Positions 1-16,692 of a DNA stretch of 64,000 bases are shown here, in pieces (position 1 is the stretch's first letter; every line of letters begins with the position of its first letter). The DNA comes from the human T2T-CHM13v2.0 reference genome, Homo sapiens, in assembly GCF_009914755.1 (NCBI RefSeq), contig NC_060931.1; one strand, written 5' to 3'. Under the pieces are notes generated by a model. That model had not been told where the DNA came from. It searched no databases and saw nothing but the letters and a program-made list of their open reading frames with translations. The position numbers and the translations under genes were made by a program.

Positions 1-85
1 CCGGGCCTCTGAGGTGGCGGATAGACTCTCACAAGCTCAGGTTTGGGGGTGGGGGTGCTGAGGAGGCCTCTGAAGAAAAGACTGG

Positions 86-389
86 GGCCCCGCATGGTGG
101 TTTACGTCTGTAATCCCAGCACTTTGAGAGGCTGAGGCAGGCTGATCACCTGAGGTCAGGAGTTCAAGACCAGCCTGTGTGGCACAGTAAAACCCCGTCT
201 CTACTAAAAAGTACAAAAAATTAGCCAGGCATGATGGCATGTGCCTGTAATCCCAGCTACTCAGGAGCCTGAGGCATGAGAATCATTTTAACCTGGGAGG
301 CGGAGGTTGCAGTGAGCTGAGATTGCACCACTGCACTCCAGCCTGGGCGACAGAGTGAGACCCCATCTCAAAAAAAAAAAAAGAAAGAA
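86..389 (+). mobile_element. Alu (S family)
   Basis: Dimeric Alu with poly(A); TSD AAGAAAAGA(C/T)T. Confidence 0.95.
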
Positions 390-914
390 AAGAAAAGATT
401 AAGGCCAGAGAGGAGCAGAGGGGAGCAGAGTGGAGGACTCAGGTGAGCACCAGGCAAAGCCAAGGCCTTGGCCACTAGCAGTTTTTGGTCCTTAACAGGG
501 CTCAGCTAAGTGGGGCAGCACAAGGCACCCATATAATTGCCAGGAGCCCCCACTCAGGCCTCCCTGCGCCCTGCCCCAACTTGTGAACCACGTTCTGTCT
601 TCCTATTCCCCTCCCTTCTCTTTTCTCTCCACCCTCCCAGGTCTGTACCTTGGTGCTCTCCTCCCTGTTGCCAGTCCCTGCATCTTAGCCCAGGAGAGGA
701 TGCCGTGGGTCAAGGGAGTCTCCTTTAACTACCCTAGCTGCCCCGTTACCTGTTTTGTTTTTCTTTGTGGTACTTCTTACAACCTGAAATCAGTTATTTA
801 TTTGAGTACCTGTTTCATGCTTGCCCCTTGACTTGAATGGAATGAGGGCAGAGATGAGTTTGTTAACTGCTAGCTATTCCCAGCACTTAGCAAGGTCTGA
901 TACCTCATGAGTAA

Positions 915-1342
<428 letters not shown>

Positions 1343-1888
1343 TGCCCCTGCAGTTCTACAACTTCTTCTTTTAACCTGAGGGGAGCCAGGGAAAACACAG
1401 GGAGGTTTTGGGGTCCAGGGGAATTAGCAGCCGTAATTACTTGACTCCTTTGGCAAGTGGAGACCTACAGACCCTACTGCCTTGCTTTTGGCATTTTCTC
1501 ACCAGCCCACTCTACCAGTGCCCACACTCCTTTGGTCCAGAGCACCGAGTTTCCTCTGGCCCCCAGCTCTGCCTATTCTGTGGCATGGAGATCTGCCCTG
1601 GGAGGGACTATGACGACCCTGTGCCCATACTCTTCTTCATAGCAGAACAGACAGACCCAGAGCAGCGAAGTTGTTTGTTCAAGATCGCACTGTTTGTCAT
1701 TGGCAAAGCTGAGAACTCATTGATTTATTTATTCATTGGACACGTATATTTATTGAATCCCTAATGTGTGCCAGATGCTTTCCAAGGCACGTGTGACACA
1801 ACACTGTTTGAAACAATGTGACGATACCATTAGTGTAACAACGGAACAGAATTAACAATAACTACCATTTTTTATAATGCAATGAGTA

Positions 1889-2182
<294 letters not shown>

Positions 2183-2275
2183 AATGCAATAAGTATTGTA
2201 CTAAGTGCCTCATATATACTATTTCATTTATCTTTACAACAAAACTACAAAATAAGTCCTCATTTCAGCTAATAA

Positions 2276-2586
<311 letters not shown>

Positions 2587-3027
2587 TCCCTGAAACCCTG
2601 CTTTTACTGCTCCTGGGTTACATCTTGGTTTGCTAGGTTAGAACACTTTGGTCTTGGCTCCCAGCCCAGCACTATTTCTACCCTACCATTCTGTCTCTCT
2701 GTCCTTTCTTTAGTTCTGTTCTCTATCTGGAGAGCAACTGTTATTTAAAGGTCAAGTTTGTGTCTTCACATAAAGTATAAGCATAAAGTCAATGGTCCCT
2801 ATTGTTTTGTAGGGATTAGGAAAGACATTATAACATTCAGAGGTGACAGCAAAAGAAAGATGATCCCTAAGGCTTACTCGAACTGGAGGATGAAGTAACA
2901 GAATGGCCTATCCCTATCCTCTTTATGGGTATATGACCCAAGTGAAATGGTGAAGGAGGAAGAGTGCCTAAGGAAAGGAGAGTGTAAAGGAAAGAGGAGC
3001 GGAACACTTGTAAAACTGGTGGCCTTC

Positions 3028-3326
3028 GGCCGGGCGCGGTGGCTCATGCCTGTAATCCCAGCACTTTGGGAGGCCGAGGCAGGCGGATCACGAGGTCAGG
3101 AGATCGAGACCATCCTGGCTAACACGGTGAAACCTAGTCTCTACTAAAAATACAAAAAATTAGCCAGGCGTTGTGGTGGGCGCTTGTAGTCTCAGCTACT
3201 CGGGAGGCTGAGGCAGGAGAATGGCGTGAACCCGGGAGGCAGAGCTTGCAGTGAGCCAAGATCACGCCACTGTACTCCAGACTGGGCGACAGAGCGAGAC
3301 TCCATCTCAAAAAAACAAAAACAAAA
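3028..3326 (+). mobile_element. AluY-like
   Basis: CCTGGCTAACACGG and AATGGCGTGAACCC diagnostics. Confidence 0.95.
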
Positions 3327-3454
3327 ATCTGGTGGCCCTGCAGGTAGGAGGTAGGAGGTGAGAAAACAGAGCCATCGACAGAAAGGAAAGGACTGGCTGC
3401 TGAGGAAGGGTGATGCCTGGACTATGAGGTTGGGAGTTGACAGTAAGTTATGGT

Positions 3455-3800
3455 ATATGCAGAGAAACAATGGTATGCACAAAGATCACTGGAAAGAGTT
3501 TAATAAAAGGACCATTTACGGTAGGAGGGTAAGGGTACAGAAAACCAACAGGAGATGGCACAGTATAATAATAGCAACAGCTGGGAGCCATTACTGTCCA
3601 CTGGCTTGAGGGGAGAGGAAAGGGGATCTGGAGAGACTGCTGTCCAGAGGGGGCTGCCTGGCGGGATTGCAGGGAACCCCGGTGACCTGGGAGAGAGGAG
3701 CCGGCGGAACATGTGTCTTGGTCTCTCGCCTCCTGTCTTCCAGTCTCCGGCTGGTGTTTCCCACTGGCTGAACCCAGTCCAAAGCCAGAGGGAAGCCCCA
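3455..3800 (-). mobile_element. LTR33-like ERVL LTR fragment
   Basis: AGAGTTTAATAAAAGGACCATTTAC...CCCACTGGCTGAACCC...AGCCAGAGGG resembles recalled LTR33. Confidence 0.5.
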
Positions 3801-4123
3801 TTTAACAGTCCATAGAAGAAAGTTTTGGAGAGATAGTTTCCTCAGTGTTTGAATTCTTTATCAGGTTGGTGCCTTAGCATAAATTGAGGCAACGGCCCCA
3901 CACTGTAGCAGCTGCCTTGTATTATTCACCATCGGGTACTCGCAGAAAAAAGAAAAAGAAGCCCATTTCACTTAAAAATGTTTTTGATGAAGCAGTAAGA
4001 AGTATTAATTTTATAAAGTCTTAACCCATGATTCTTCCTATTTTTCCATGTGATGAAATAGGAAGTATGCATAAACTTCTAGTGCAGAGTGATGAATGAC
4101 GGTTGTCTTAAGAAAAAAGTATG

Positions 4124-4418
<295 letters not shown>

Positions 4419-5181
4419 GAAAAAAGTATGTATGATTTTTTTGGCCTATGAGCTGAACTAGATAGACCTTTTCTTCATTGGATCTCATGGTTTTTTTTTT
4501 TTGTTTTGTTTTTGTTTTTGTTTTTGTTTTTACTTGAAAGAATGACTGACAAACTGTGGTTGTTCAGACTTGGATGTTTTGCAGATACTTTGTTGAAAAT
4601 GAACAAAGTGAGTCTATCACTTCAATAAAAAACAACTGATAGTATTTGTGGCCAATTATAAAGTTTCAGCTTTGAAGGAGAAATTGGAATTTTGCAAAGC
4701 TTGTATCTGCTGCTGTGAGTGTGATGGCTGGCTGATACTGAAAGGCTTTTCAGATAAGATTGGTGTTGATGGCAATGAATATAGCTTTTTGATATCACAT
4801 AAAATGGGCCCACACTTGGAAGCTTTTTATAATTCAATGAACTAATATTTTTCAAGTGACCAATGCATGAGATTTAAAAAGCATGCATAGAGAAAATATT
4901 CATTTAAAATACAAGAGAGACTAATGTGTTTTATTGTTTGAGAGTGTAAAATGTTCACTGATGTGGTTTCAGATTACACATTGCAAGCTACCTTTAAGAA
5001 AGGACCACTTGTTGAGTTTTGGTATGCAAAGAAGAATATCCAGAATTATCTGCAACAGCTATTAAAATATTCCTCACTTTCTCAACTACAAATCTGCAAA
5101 GCTGGATTTTCTTCAGATACTTCAATAAAAAGAATACATCACAGCAGACTGAATATAGAAGCAGATGAGAAACCAATTGTC

Positions 5182-5505
5182 TTTTTTTTTTTGAGACGGA
5201 GTTTCGCTCTTGTTGCCCAGGCTGGAGTGCAATGGCGTAATCTTGTTTCACTGCAATCTCCACCCCCGGGTTCAAGCAATTCTCCTGCCTCAGCCTCCCA
5301 AGCAGCTGAGATCACAGGCGTGCACCACCACAAGTAGCTGAGATTACAGGCGTGCGCCACCACACCCGGCTAATTTTGTATTTTTAGTAGAGACAGGGTT
5401 TCTCCATGTTGGTCAGGCTGGTCTTGAACTCCCGACCTCAGGTGATCTACCCACCTCGGCCTCACAAAGTGCTGGGATTACAGGCATGAGCCACCGTGCC
5501 TGGCC
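5182..5505 (-). mobile_element. Alu (Sp-like) with internal 32-bp duplication
   Basis: TSD ACCAATTGTCTTTTT. Confidence 0.95.
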
Positions 5506-5697
5506 CACCAATTGTCTTTTATTAATCGAGACAATAAAGAGATTTGCAGACATGTAAAACAATGCCACTTTTCTCATAAATGTATTTTTTTCTTTATCAT
5601 CTAATTATTTTGAATATAAATATATTTAATAAAAATTTTTAAGTATTTAATATGTTAACAAATAATGGGCTTATTACTTTAAATCAATACATATTTA

Positions 5698-5997
5698 ATT
5701 TTTTTCTTTTTTTGAGATAGACTGTTACTCTGTCACCCAGGTTGAAGTGCAGTAGCGTGATCACAACTCAGTACAACTTCTGATTCCTGGGATCAAGTGA
5801 TCCTCCCACCTGAGCTACCTGAGTAGATGGGACCACAGGTATGTGCCACAATACCTGGATAATTTTTAGATTTTTTGAAGACGTGGGGTCTTTCTATGTT
5901 GCTCAAGCTGGTCTCTCGAACTCCTGGCCTCAAGCAATCCTCTTGCCTAGGCCTCCAAAAGTGTTGGGATTACAGGTGTGAACCACTGCACCCAGCC
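5698..5997 (-). mobile_element. AluJ-like
   Basis: Diverged reverse Alu. Confidence 0.9.
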
Positions 5998-6093
5998 AAT
6001 ATTTAATTGTTTTGTTTTACTATCAGATATGGTAAATATCAGTATATGAAATCCAACTATTTAGTGTCTTCAATATTTAAGAATGCAAAGGAA

Positions 6094-6399
6094 GCCAGGC
6101 CTGATGGCTCATCCCTGTAATCCCAGCTACTTGGGAGCTGAGGTGGGAGGATTGCTTGGGGCAACCAGTTTGAGACAAGCCTGGGCAACATAGCAAGACC
6201 CTACCTCAAAAAGATAATAATAATTAGCTGAGCATGGTGGCACATGGTGTAGTCTCAGCTACTTGAGAGGCAAAGGCCAGAGGACCTCTTGAGCCCAGGA
6301 GTTTGAGGCTACAGTGAGCTGTGATTGCACCACTGCACCTCGAGCTTGGGCAACAGAGCAAGACCCTGTCTCTGAGAAAAAAAAGAAAGAAAGAAAAAG
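6094..6399 (+). mobile_element. AluJ-like
   Basis: Diverged Alu with A-rich tail. Confidence 0.9.
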
Positions 6400-7225
6400 A
6401 TGTAAAGGAGCTCCGACACCAAGAAGTTTAAGGGCCACTGCAATGCAGGGAACATAATGCAGATAGCTGGATCCAAGGTTCTTGGAATTGCAGAAAGGTC
6501 AGAGGGCAGTGAGGAAGCGGAAGCCAGAGGGTAGCTGCATGGGGAAGCTGCCACTGCCCTCACGACTGGAAGAGCGGAGGAGGAGGAGGTGGTATTCTGA
6601 TGATCATGAGCAGGAACTGACCTCAGGAGCTGGCATCATAAAGAAGGGACATGTGGCAGGACGAGAGCCCAGAGTCAGGGATACCTGGTGGGAAGCAGAA
6701 GCATGGCAGGGGCTGCCGGGTGGGAGGCGGAAATGTGAAGGAGATGCAGGTCCTGCTGGAGACCCCACCCACAGAGAGAGAAGGGGGAGAAATGCCCTTC
6801 TTGCTTGCTGTCTCCTGTTCCCCCATTTCATGGGATGACCCTGTCTGCTGTTTGGAAGCTTGTTTGCCGCAGAACTTGGGGAACAGAGCTTGCAGGAGTC
6901 AGCCCCACAGCAGTTCAGAACAGAGGAGAGCAGGAGAGGGTTAAGAATGCACCTGAGAGCAACAGGCGCACACCTGGCATAGAAAAGGAGGAGAGAACCA
7001 GGAGCTTGGCTTGAGGGAGCCACAGGAGTGAGAAGAGGATGTTCATGATGGGAGTATCTTGCACTGCAGTGGAGGCAGAGAGCCAATATAGAGGAAGACA
7101 GAGGTAAACCCAGTTCGGGTGGGCCTGGGACAGAAGGGAGGGGATGGTGGACTCTAGGCAGAATGGTTGGCCTTAGAGACAGTGGCCACTGGATCTACAG
7201 TTCCCATATGAAAAAGCTTGTTGGT

Positions 7226-7543
<318 letters not shown>

Positions 7544-7588
7544 CTAGCTGATTGGAACTGGAAATATAATAGGAAGCTTGTTTAGAAA

Positions 7589-7902
<314 letters not shown>

Positions 7903-10845
7903 AATCGTTTGCATGCTTCTCTCGCTTAGGGTCTGTTTACTTGGGGAAATTTTTGGATATTGGGCATGGAAAGGCTAAAGCCATCTATCCCTAGGCTACT
8001 AATTTTTAAGTCTCTATCTGTAGTCTAGACTCCTCTCACATTCAACTATCTGCTAAAGATCTAAAGATCTCCACGCGGACGACAGGGTGTCCGTGCTCTT
8101 CCTCATGGCTTGGGTGACTCTGATTCACTCTTCCGGTCTTATCTGAAATGGGCTTCTTCCAGGAATCTGTCCCTGGCTCCTAGACTAGATTCCCATAGCT
8201 CTGGCTTTCTTGTCACTGGTTGTTTAATGTCCCTCCCTTCCCACTGGAAGTGTCCTGGAGCAGTACTTGGGATGAGGTAGGTACTTACTGCTTATTGGAT
8301 GAGTGACTAATGACTGATTGTTATAAGGAGATGTGGAATTTTGGGATGTACCTCTAGGCTTACCTTGAGCCACTCTCCCCCGCCCCCCCACCCCGCTGCC
8401 TCCATAATCCCAGGGTGCCAGAGAAGAGAACCGAGCTGGGCACCTTTCCTTCCCTTGTGTACAGTTCAGAGAAGAGGAAGGAGCTTCAGGTTTATTAATC
8501 TGGCTATCATGTAGTGTCTGGGAGGTCTGCGTAAGCCACATCACATTCTCAGTTTCCATCTTGTCATGTCTCTGAAACGGAGACAGTAAAACCTGCCCTC
8601 TCCACCTCTTAAGGTTGCCAAGGTGAGAGTTACTGGTAAGATAGCACCAAAATACAAACTCAAATTCAGAGGAGCAATCCTCCCTGGCTTTAAGCACTGG
8701 GTGGCCCCTGATATCACCAGCCCAGTTGTTTATCTTCTCTGGAGAGGAAATGTTAACTGGAAGGTCTTCAAGGGAGACAGCTCTTTGGCTGTGGAGCTGG
8801 CCCATGTCTCACCCTCCAGCCATGGAGGGAGCCCAGACCATCCTCCTTCACCTCCCTCAGTGGGTACTCAACTCAGGTTCCCGCATGGGCAGCTGATGTG
8901 GAGAGTGAAATGGGCAAGACCCAGGAGTTCTGATTCCCCCATCTTTCTGGTACCATACAGGCTCTCCTTCTGGCAAGGACAAAAGAAAGAGGTTAGTCCT
9001 GAGGAGAGAGGAGCCTTCCAGAAGTGTCCCTTCCTGGAAGACTCAGCAGAGGCCCAGGCTTAGCTCTGGGATAAAAGGATTAAAAGCACGGCTCAGCCCT
9101 CCAAGGGCAAGGGGTGGAATGGCTGCCCCTGGGAGAGTAAACATGGAGGCTTGTTGGGGACAGGACAGGGGGGCAGGTGGGTGACTCTGTGCTACTCTTG
9201 CTGGCACTTCCTCCCCTGGCACTGCTGAGGCAGGTCTGTCAGGCACTGAGGAGGTGTTTCCTAGCTCCAGGCACTGGGCTTGACTCACTGGGCAGTGGGA
9301 GGCAGATGCCAGGCGAAAGGGCTTGTCTGAGAGGAAGGCCTAAGGTTCCTGGGGAGAAACGATCTCACTTCCTCTTTTCTCCAGCTGAAATGCCACACAG
9401 CCTTCCTTAGGTGCCAGTAGAGGCTCTGGGCCTGCCCCAGAGAAGTTTGAGAGGCTGCTACACACAGGAGACTGGAGGTGAGGTGGTCCGGAGGAATGCG
9501 GGAGCCCCCCTGGTCCTAATCCCCAGGGCCTGGTGGGAGGGTACGGCTGGTACAGACTAGGACTGCACTTTCACCAACATAACCCCTCTGAAGCCCAGAG
9601 GCCAGAATGTGTGAATTATAGACCTGGCCTCGGGGAGCTGTGGGCCTCACACCCTCTAGGGTAGATAAGGATGGATCAAAGGAAACTGCTTGGGCCCCTC
9701 CCTCACACATGCTCTTCCCAGGATCCACTGCCCAGTGGCTGGAGTGATAAGACAGATGATACATATGCACGGAGGGGATTTTGGAGCCTCCTGCACAAAC
9801 ATTCCCTTGTGTGTGAGCCGGCCACGTGCCTCCCCTGCACAGCCCACCAACCCAGTGTTGTTGTTGGGTCTTGCATCCTGCCAAGTCGTCTTGTAGGATT
9901 CCTTCCAGCCCTTCCACCTCTGCTGGTTTATCCTGTGGAGTCCAGCTTGGCCTGAAATGAAGATCAGGAGCAGCCTTTGTGGACCTGCTCCCTGTGGGGG
10001 GCCTCTGTGCCTGTCTTGTGCCAGGCTTTGGGTCAGCCAACTTTGCTACAGCCTCTAAATAAAAATCTGACCCCTAAGCCCTGGGGAGAAGTGTAGCTTT
10101 TCCTGGAGGTCTTGTGGAGGTACAGAAGAGAGGGTCACACCACACATCAATCACCGAGCAACACTCCACATCAGACTCCCCTGCCCAGTAGACGTCTCTA
10201 CCCTTTCCGGCATCCCTGTTCATTGGCACTGGGCTGCCAGGCCTCCTCTTCCTTTCCTGCTCTTTTTTCAGACTTAAAAACCCCTCTGCTCTCCCAGGCA
10301 ATGTGGCCATTCCCAGATCTTCCTCCCAGGCCTCCTTGGAATTTCCCTCAGCTTGCGGATTGCAGTTCTCACTCAGCAGGCAAAACCACAGCAGAGCTCA
10401 GCAAACAGCTGCACTGTGATGGCCTGTGGGTTCTTACACCTGCCCGGGGAATCCCTCTCGCTTCATCCCATCACACCTAAAGAAAAGGAGAGCTGCAGGA
10501 GGTCTGACGGTGGGTGCATGGGGCCCAGCTGGGCAGTCTGCCCAAGCTCCTGCCCATGCTGGCCTTTGTTCCTGGGGCATTTCCAAAGCTCAGGGCTTGG
10601 GCCTTTGTCCATTCTCAGGATCCGGTAAATGATGCCTGACCACCCAAAACCCAGCAATCTTTCCTGCCTCCAAACAAAGAGGCCTTTTGATTTTTCTTAC
10701 TCTCTTGGCCCTTACATGAGTGCCAAAATGTCTTGGTAATAAAAAGAAGATTATCAGGAAACACTCACAGAGCACTTACTATGTTCCAGGTACTATTTTA
10801 AACATTATAGTTATTAACTCATTGAATCCCAGGAGTTGAGAGGCA

Positions 10846-11042
10846 CTGTGTGTGTGTGTGTGTGTATGTGAGTGTATATGAGTGTGTGTATGTGAGTGCG
10901 TGAGAGTGTTTGTGTGCATCAGTGTGTGAGTGTGAGTGTGTGTGTGTGAATGATGTGTGTATGTGTGTGAGTGTGTATATGGGAGTGAGTGTGAGTGTGG
11001 GTGAGTGTGTGAGTGTGAGTGTAAGTGTGGGTGAGTGTGTGT
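10846..11042. repeat. (TG)n/(GAGTGT)n simple repeat
   Basis: Seen directly. Confidence 0.95.
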
Positions 11043-11130
11043 ACGAGTTGGATTTCCTTTTCATGCTTTCCTGGATTTGCTACCATGAACAACTATGACT
11101 TTTACACTCTCAATAGGGAAATTAACTGCT

Positions 11131-11259
11131 AAGGAGGCTAAGGTGAGAGGATCACTTGAACCCAGGAGGTCGAGGCTGCAGTGAGCCACTGCACTCCTGC
11201 ACTCCAGCCTGGGCGACAGAGCAAGACCAACTCTAAAAAAAAAAAAAAAAAAAAGAAAA
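11131..11259 (+). mobile_element. Alu right-arm fragment
   Basis: GAGGCTGCAGTGAGCC...CCAGCCTGGGCGACAGAGC plus poly(A). Confidence 0.85.
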
Positions 11260-11445
11260 GAGAGAGACAGAGAGTTAGAAATTGAAGCAGATGTTTACTG
11301 AGCCTGCTGTGGTGAGTTTTAAAGGGTGAGCACAGAAGCCCAGAGCTGGGCTGGCATCCAGTAGGTATATAACAGTGTGGCTGGCATCAGTCTGGATGGT
11401 CAGGGAACTGTTCTGACCGATTATGTCCATTGATAAGCATTTTGA

Positions 11446-11873
<428 letters not shown>

Positions 11874-11989
11874 GATCTCTGTGCTCTTTAAAGAGGCTGT
11901 GTGGGGGAACTCTACCCGCTCCCTCCTGGGTCCTCATTTCAAATTCCCAGCCTTTAGAGTTAGGAATTGCAGCTCCAGGTTGGTGTCCA

Positions 11990-12488
<499 letters not shown>

Positions 12489-13291
12489 AGGCATCCAGGC
12501 AGATGGAAAAAGCTCCCTCCAAGGCAGGCCTTGATAAAGGGTCCAGCATGGAAGAGGACACGTGATGACTCCGAGGGCTTATAGTTGATTAGAAAGAGAG
12601 CTAGACCCTGTGCGCAGAGATGGGTTGACTCAATGCGACTTGGGTACTGGAATGCAGAGAAAGGAGGCAGCTCAGGTAGGGTGGGGTTAAGCAGGCCAGT
12701 CTTTCTGGAGAAGGTTCTGGAAGCAGTTTTGGGAGGCAAGTCCCCCATCCCGGTGAACGGACTCTTCAGATCCTTGCTAAGGGTTTTCCCAGGGGCTCCT
12801 TATCTGATAAGCCAGCCCCTTTGTGACTCTGGCTCAGGATCCCTGCCCACCCCCGGGCCCGTGGGGGTGTGGCTGGCCACTCTTCAGTCACTGCCCTGGC
12901 TCTACGGGACACCCCGGCAGGATGAGGCTCCGACAGATAAGACCCGTGCTTGTTAGCACAGCTGTTCTCTGCAACACCCAGCCTTGTTTTCAAACCTGCG
13001 GAAACTTGGGTGCGGAAGTGTGACTACATCCACCCAACTTCAGAGTTGGGCTTGGTTCCAAATAAAAGGAAATTTAGTCAGTTTTCCCAGACACAGGGAC
13101 AAAAATAGAGTTGACAGGAACCTCAAAGGTTCTGCTGGAGTACCGGGGTCACACCTAGAAAAATCAGTTGGATCTTTGGTCTGGGCGCCCTGTTCAAATG
13201 CCCTGTTTAAACTTAAACTCTCAGCATCAACAACCACCCTCAAATCTGCCCCATGTACGTGCTTGGAGATGGTGCTCTAAAAGATTATGCT

Positions 13292-13579
13292 TTTTTTTTT
13301 GAGACAGGATCTCACCCTGTCATGCTGGATCATGCGATGGCATGATCTCGGCTCACTGCAATCTCCGCCTCCTGAGTTCAAGCGATTCTCCTGCTTCAGC
13401 CTCCCAATTAGCTGGGATTACAGGCGTGTACCACCACACCTGGCTAATTTTTTGTGTCTTTAGTAGAGACGGGGTTTCACCATGTTGGCCAGGTGGGTCT
13501 TGAACTCCTGACCTCGTGATCCGCCTGCCTCGGCCTCCCAAAGTGCTGGGATTATAGGCATAAGCCACTGCACCTGGCC
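13292..13579 (-). mobile_element. Alu (Sg-like)
   Basis: Reverse Alu; degenerate TSD AAAGAT(T/G)AT. Confidence 0.93.
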
Positions 13580-14570
13580 AAAGATGATACTTTCTTTTAA
13601 GAAGGTCATTTTGTTTCTTCTGCCTTTAACAGTCCTAGAGTTTCTGTTCACTGAGCCTCTTTGGGCAATAAGCTTACTACAAGGCTCTGGGGTCTATAAA
13701 TTATTTGCATGATCAAAGACATCGAACTGCATGATCAAAGAATTTAACTTTTGTATGTTTAATAGAGACTGGACAGGTAACTCGTGCTTGGCTAGATTGG
13801 CCCCTGGCAGAATCTGTTACCCCTGGATTCAGCTTTGGGTCCCATCTCAGGTGTCCAGGTCCTGTATGAGCTCCTGCTGCAGAGTGGGGCCTCGGGGCCT
13901 CCCATGGGGAACTTGTTCTGCCTCAATGTTCTGTGCTGAACAGTGTTGACCTCACATGCGTCCTTCCTTACCTCCTGGAGAGCATTCTCCTTTTTACTGC
14001 CCTTTCAGCAACTCAGCACTAGCACATTGCATAGGACCAACTGCGGGGAGGGCTCACGTGGGCCCTGGGAAGGCCACTCTAAAGTGTGGAGGGCAGGTTT
14101 CCCACCATGCGACAGGCAGAGGTCACACTGCCGTTAGCAGCAGAACTGAGCCTGAAATTCAATCTCCTGATTCCCAGGGTCCTTACCCACCTAGTGAGCT
14201 GTGTGCCATGAGGGGGCCCCGCCCATCAAAGGGTCTCCAAAAGCCAGCGATGACATGAAGCAGGAAATGTATCATTAGAGCGGAAAAGAACCACACAGCT
14301 CCACAGCTCCATATGTTGGTCAACGGGCCCATACTGTCTGTGGCTTAAATGGGTCAGAGGTGTTGTGGCAGACAATAGAACCATCCTCATTCCTCGTGGA
14401 AAGTTTCCTGGGGAGCTCTGGACCCATAATTGAGTTGATAGTAACTGGAAAGGCTAGAGGATGGTGGGATCTAAAAATGCAGCACAGAAGTTCCTAGGGC
14501 AAGTGACTTAACCCTTTGGAGCTTTAGTTTCCTCATCTGTAAAGCAGGAACAATGAAAGTGCCTACTTCT

Positions 14571-14879
<309 letters not shown>

Positions 14880-14989
14880 TCAGAGTGTTGTGGGGGTTAA
14901 GGTGAGATGATACCTGTGGAAAGTGCCCATGGAGCGCCTGTGCACAGGAAACTTCAGGATTCTGGAAAACTGCGTTATTTCTCTCTCTC

Positions 14990-15281
14990 TTTTTTTTTTT
15001 TGAGACGGAGTCTCACTCTTTCACACAGGCTGGAGGGCAATGGTGTGATCTCAGCTCACTGTAACCTCCGCCTCCCAGGTTCAAGCGATTCTCCTGACTC
15101 AGCATCCTGAATAGCTGGGACTACCGGCACCTGCCACCGTGCCAGCTAATTTTTGTATGTTTAATAGAGACGGGTTTTCACCATGTTGGCCAGGCTGTTC
15201 TTGAACTCCTGGTCTCAAGTGATCTGCCCACCTTGGCCTCCCAAAGTGCTGGGATTACAGGTGCGAGCTATTGCACTCAGC
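14990..15281 (-). mobile_element. Alu (S family)
   Basis: TSD GAAAACTG(C/T)GTT. Confidence 0.95.
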
Positions 15282-16054
15282 GAAAACTGTGTTGTTACTT
15301 AAAGCCTCTCTCTGTTAGTAGCTGGCCTTCCATTTCCCTTTCCCTGGCCGATCTCCTCTGAGCCCTGGAGGGGCAGGTGTGGGATGAGTTTGTCCTTTTG
15401 AGGAGGAGACAAAGACACACAGAAGTGACTTGTTCCTGAGACATGCAGTGAGTCAACAGCTGGGGCGTCCTGGAGCCTGGGTCTCCCTGCCCCCGTGGGT
15501 CTCTCTGACAGTGCCCTGAGTTTCTGCCTGCTGCTGGCCGTCTTGGGGCCCTGCCTCCCATCTTGCAGCTGACCCTGGCCGGAAACTCCGCCCCATTGTC
15601 TTAGGCCTCGGGAATCTGGCTGCCCTGGGGTGACAGCTTTCTCCTCTGGCTGAGATAACTCCAAGAGATGTCTATCCGTTCAGGGAAGGGGGAGCCTCTG
15701 AGCAAGCTCTTCCCTGCCCTGTGATAACGGCAGACAATGCTTAGAAAGGAGAGCGTTCCATCCCACAGCCTGCCCTCTGCACCCTCCCCCTGCTCCCACC
15801 AAACCCACCTCTCCCTCATCCCCCCAAAGGCTTTGATGAGTCTTTGGAAACTTGGGTGCGAGGCTGAGTCTCATTAACTCCTTCAGCACCGTCAGTGCTG
15901 TGAGTGTGCAGGTGGGAAATGCGCCCCTCCCTGGGCAGTCTGGTGACCTCCAGGAAGCAGGGTCAGGGCCAGGTGCTTTCTGGGTGGCTGAGGGGAGGTT
16001 TTAGTAGGGATGGTTCAATGGCTGTAGTTTTGTCCTAGGAAAAACTTTCTTTGT

Positions 16055-16280
16055 AGCTGAGCTCTGGAATCAAACAGATGTGAGTTTAAGTTCTGGCTCT
16101 ATCATGGATGAGCTCAATGGTCTTGGGAAACTTAAGTTCCTCCTCCAAGCCCTGGCTTTCTCATCTGCTAAATGGGGGTACAAATAGCCACCACTAAGGT
16201 CATCAGAGGGAATAAATAAGTGATGAATAAATAAATAAATACACGCAGAGAACCTAGCAGAGGGCCTGGCACAGGGAGGC
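16055..16280. mobile_element. MIR
   Basis: GCTCTGGAATCAAACAGA...CTCATCTGCTAAATGGGG...GGGCCTGGCACAG. Confidence 0.6.
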
Positions 16281-16692
16281 TATTGTGATGGTCATTTCTC
16301 CTAGAGCCACCTCTGTGCAGGCCTCGGGTTGGTGGCCTTGTGATGAGAGTGAAGGGGAACACTCTACACCTCACCCTTTACTGGAAAGAGCAGCTTCACT
16401 TCCCATGGTAAGTCAGAGAGGTCATCTTGACATGGAAGGAAAAACCCTTTGTTCATTTGATAAATATTTGTTGGCAGGTTACTCTGTGCCGTGCATCGTT
16501 TGAGCAGCTCGGGAGACCCAGTGAGTCCAGCCATCCCTGTCCACAGGTTGGTGTGAATGTGCAGGGCTAGCACAGGGGGCTGAGAAGGTAACAGATAAAC
16601 TAGTGAAAACAAGTAAAAATAATATAACCTCACATAGAGAGGGGGGCTTGGAAGACAAATAAAATGACACAAGGGGTTAGAAGGTGACAGGA

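Noticed and set aside
8224-10040. 146-193-aa ORFs in non-Alu sequence
   Set aside because: No recognisable domain, partly MIR-derived, and expected by chance in GC-rich DNA.
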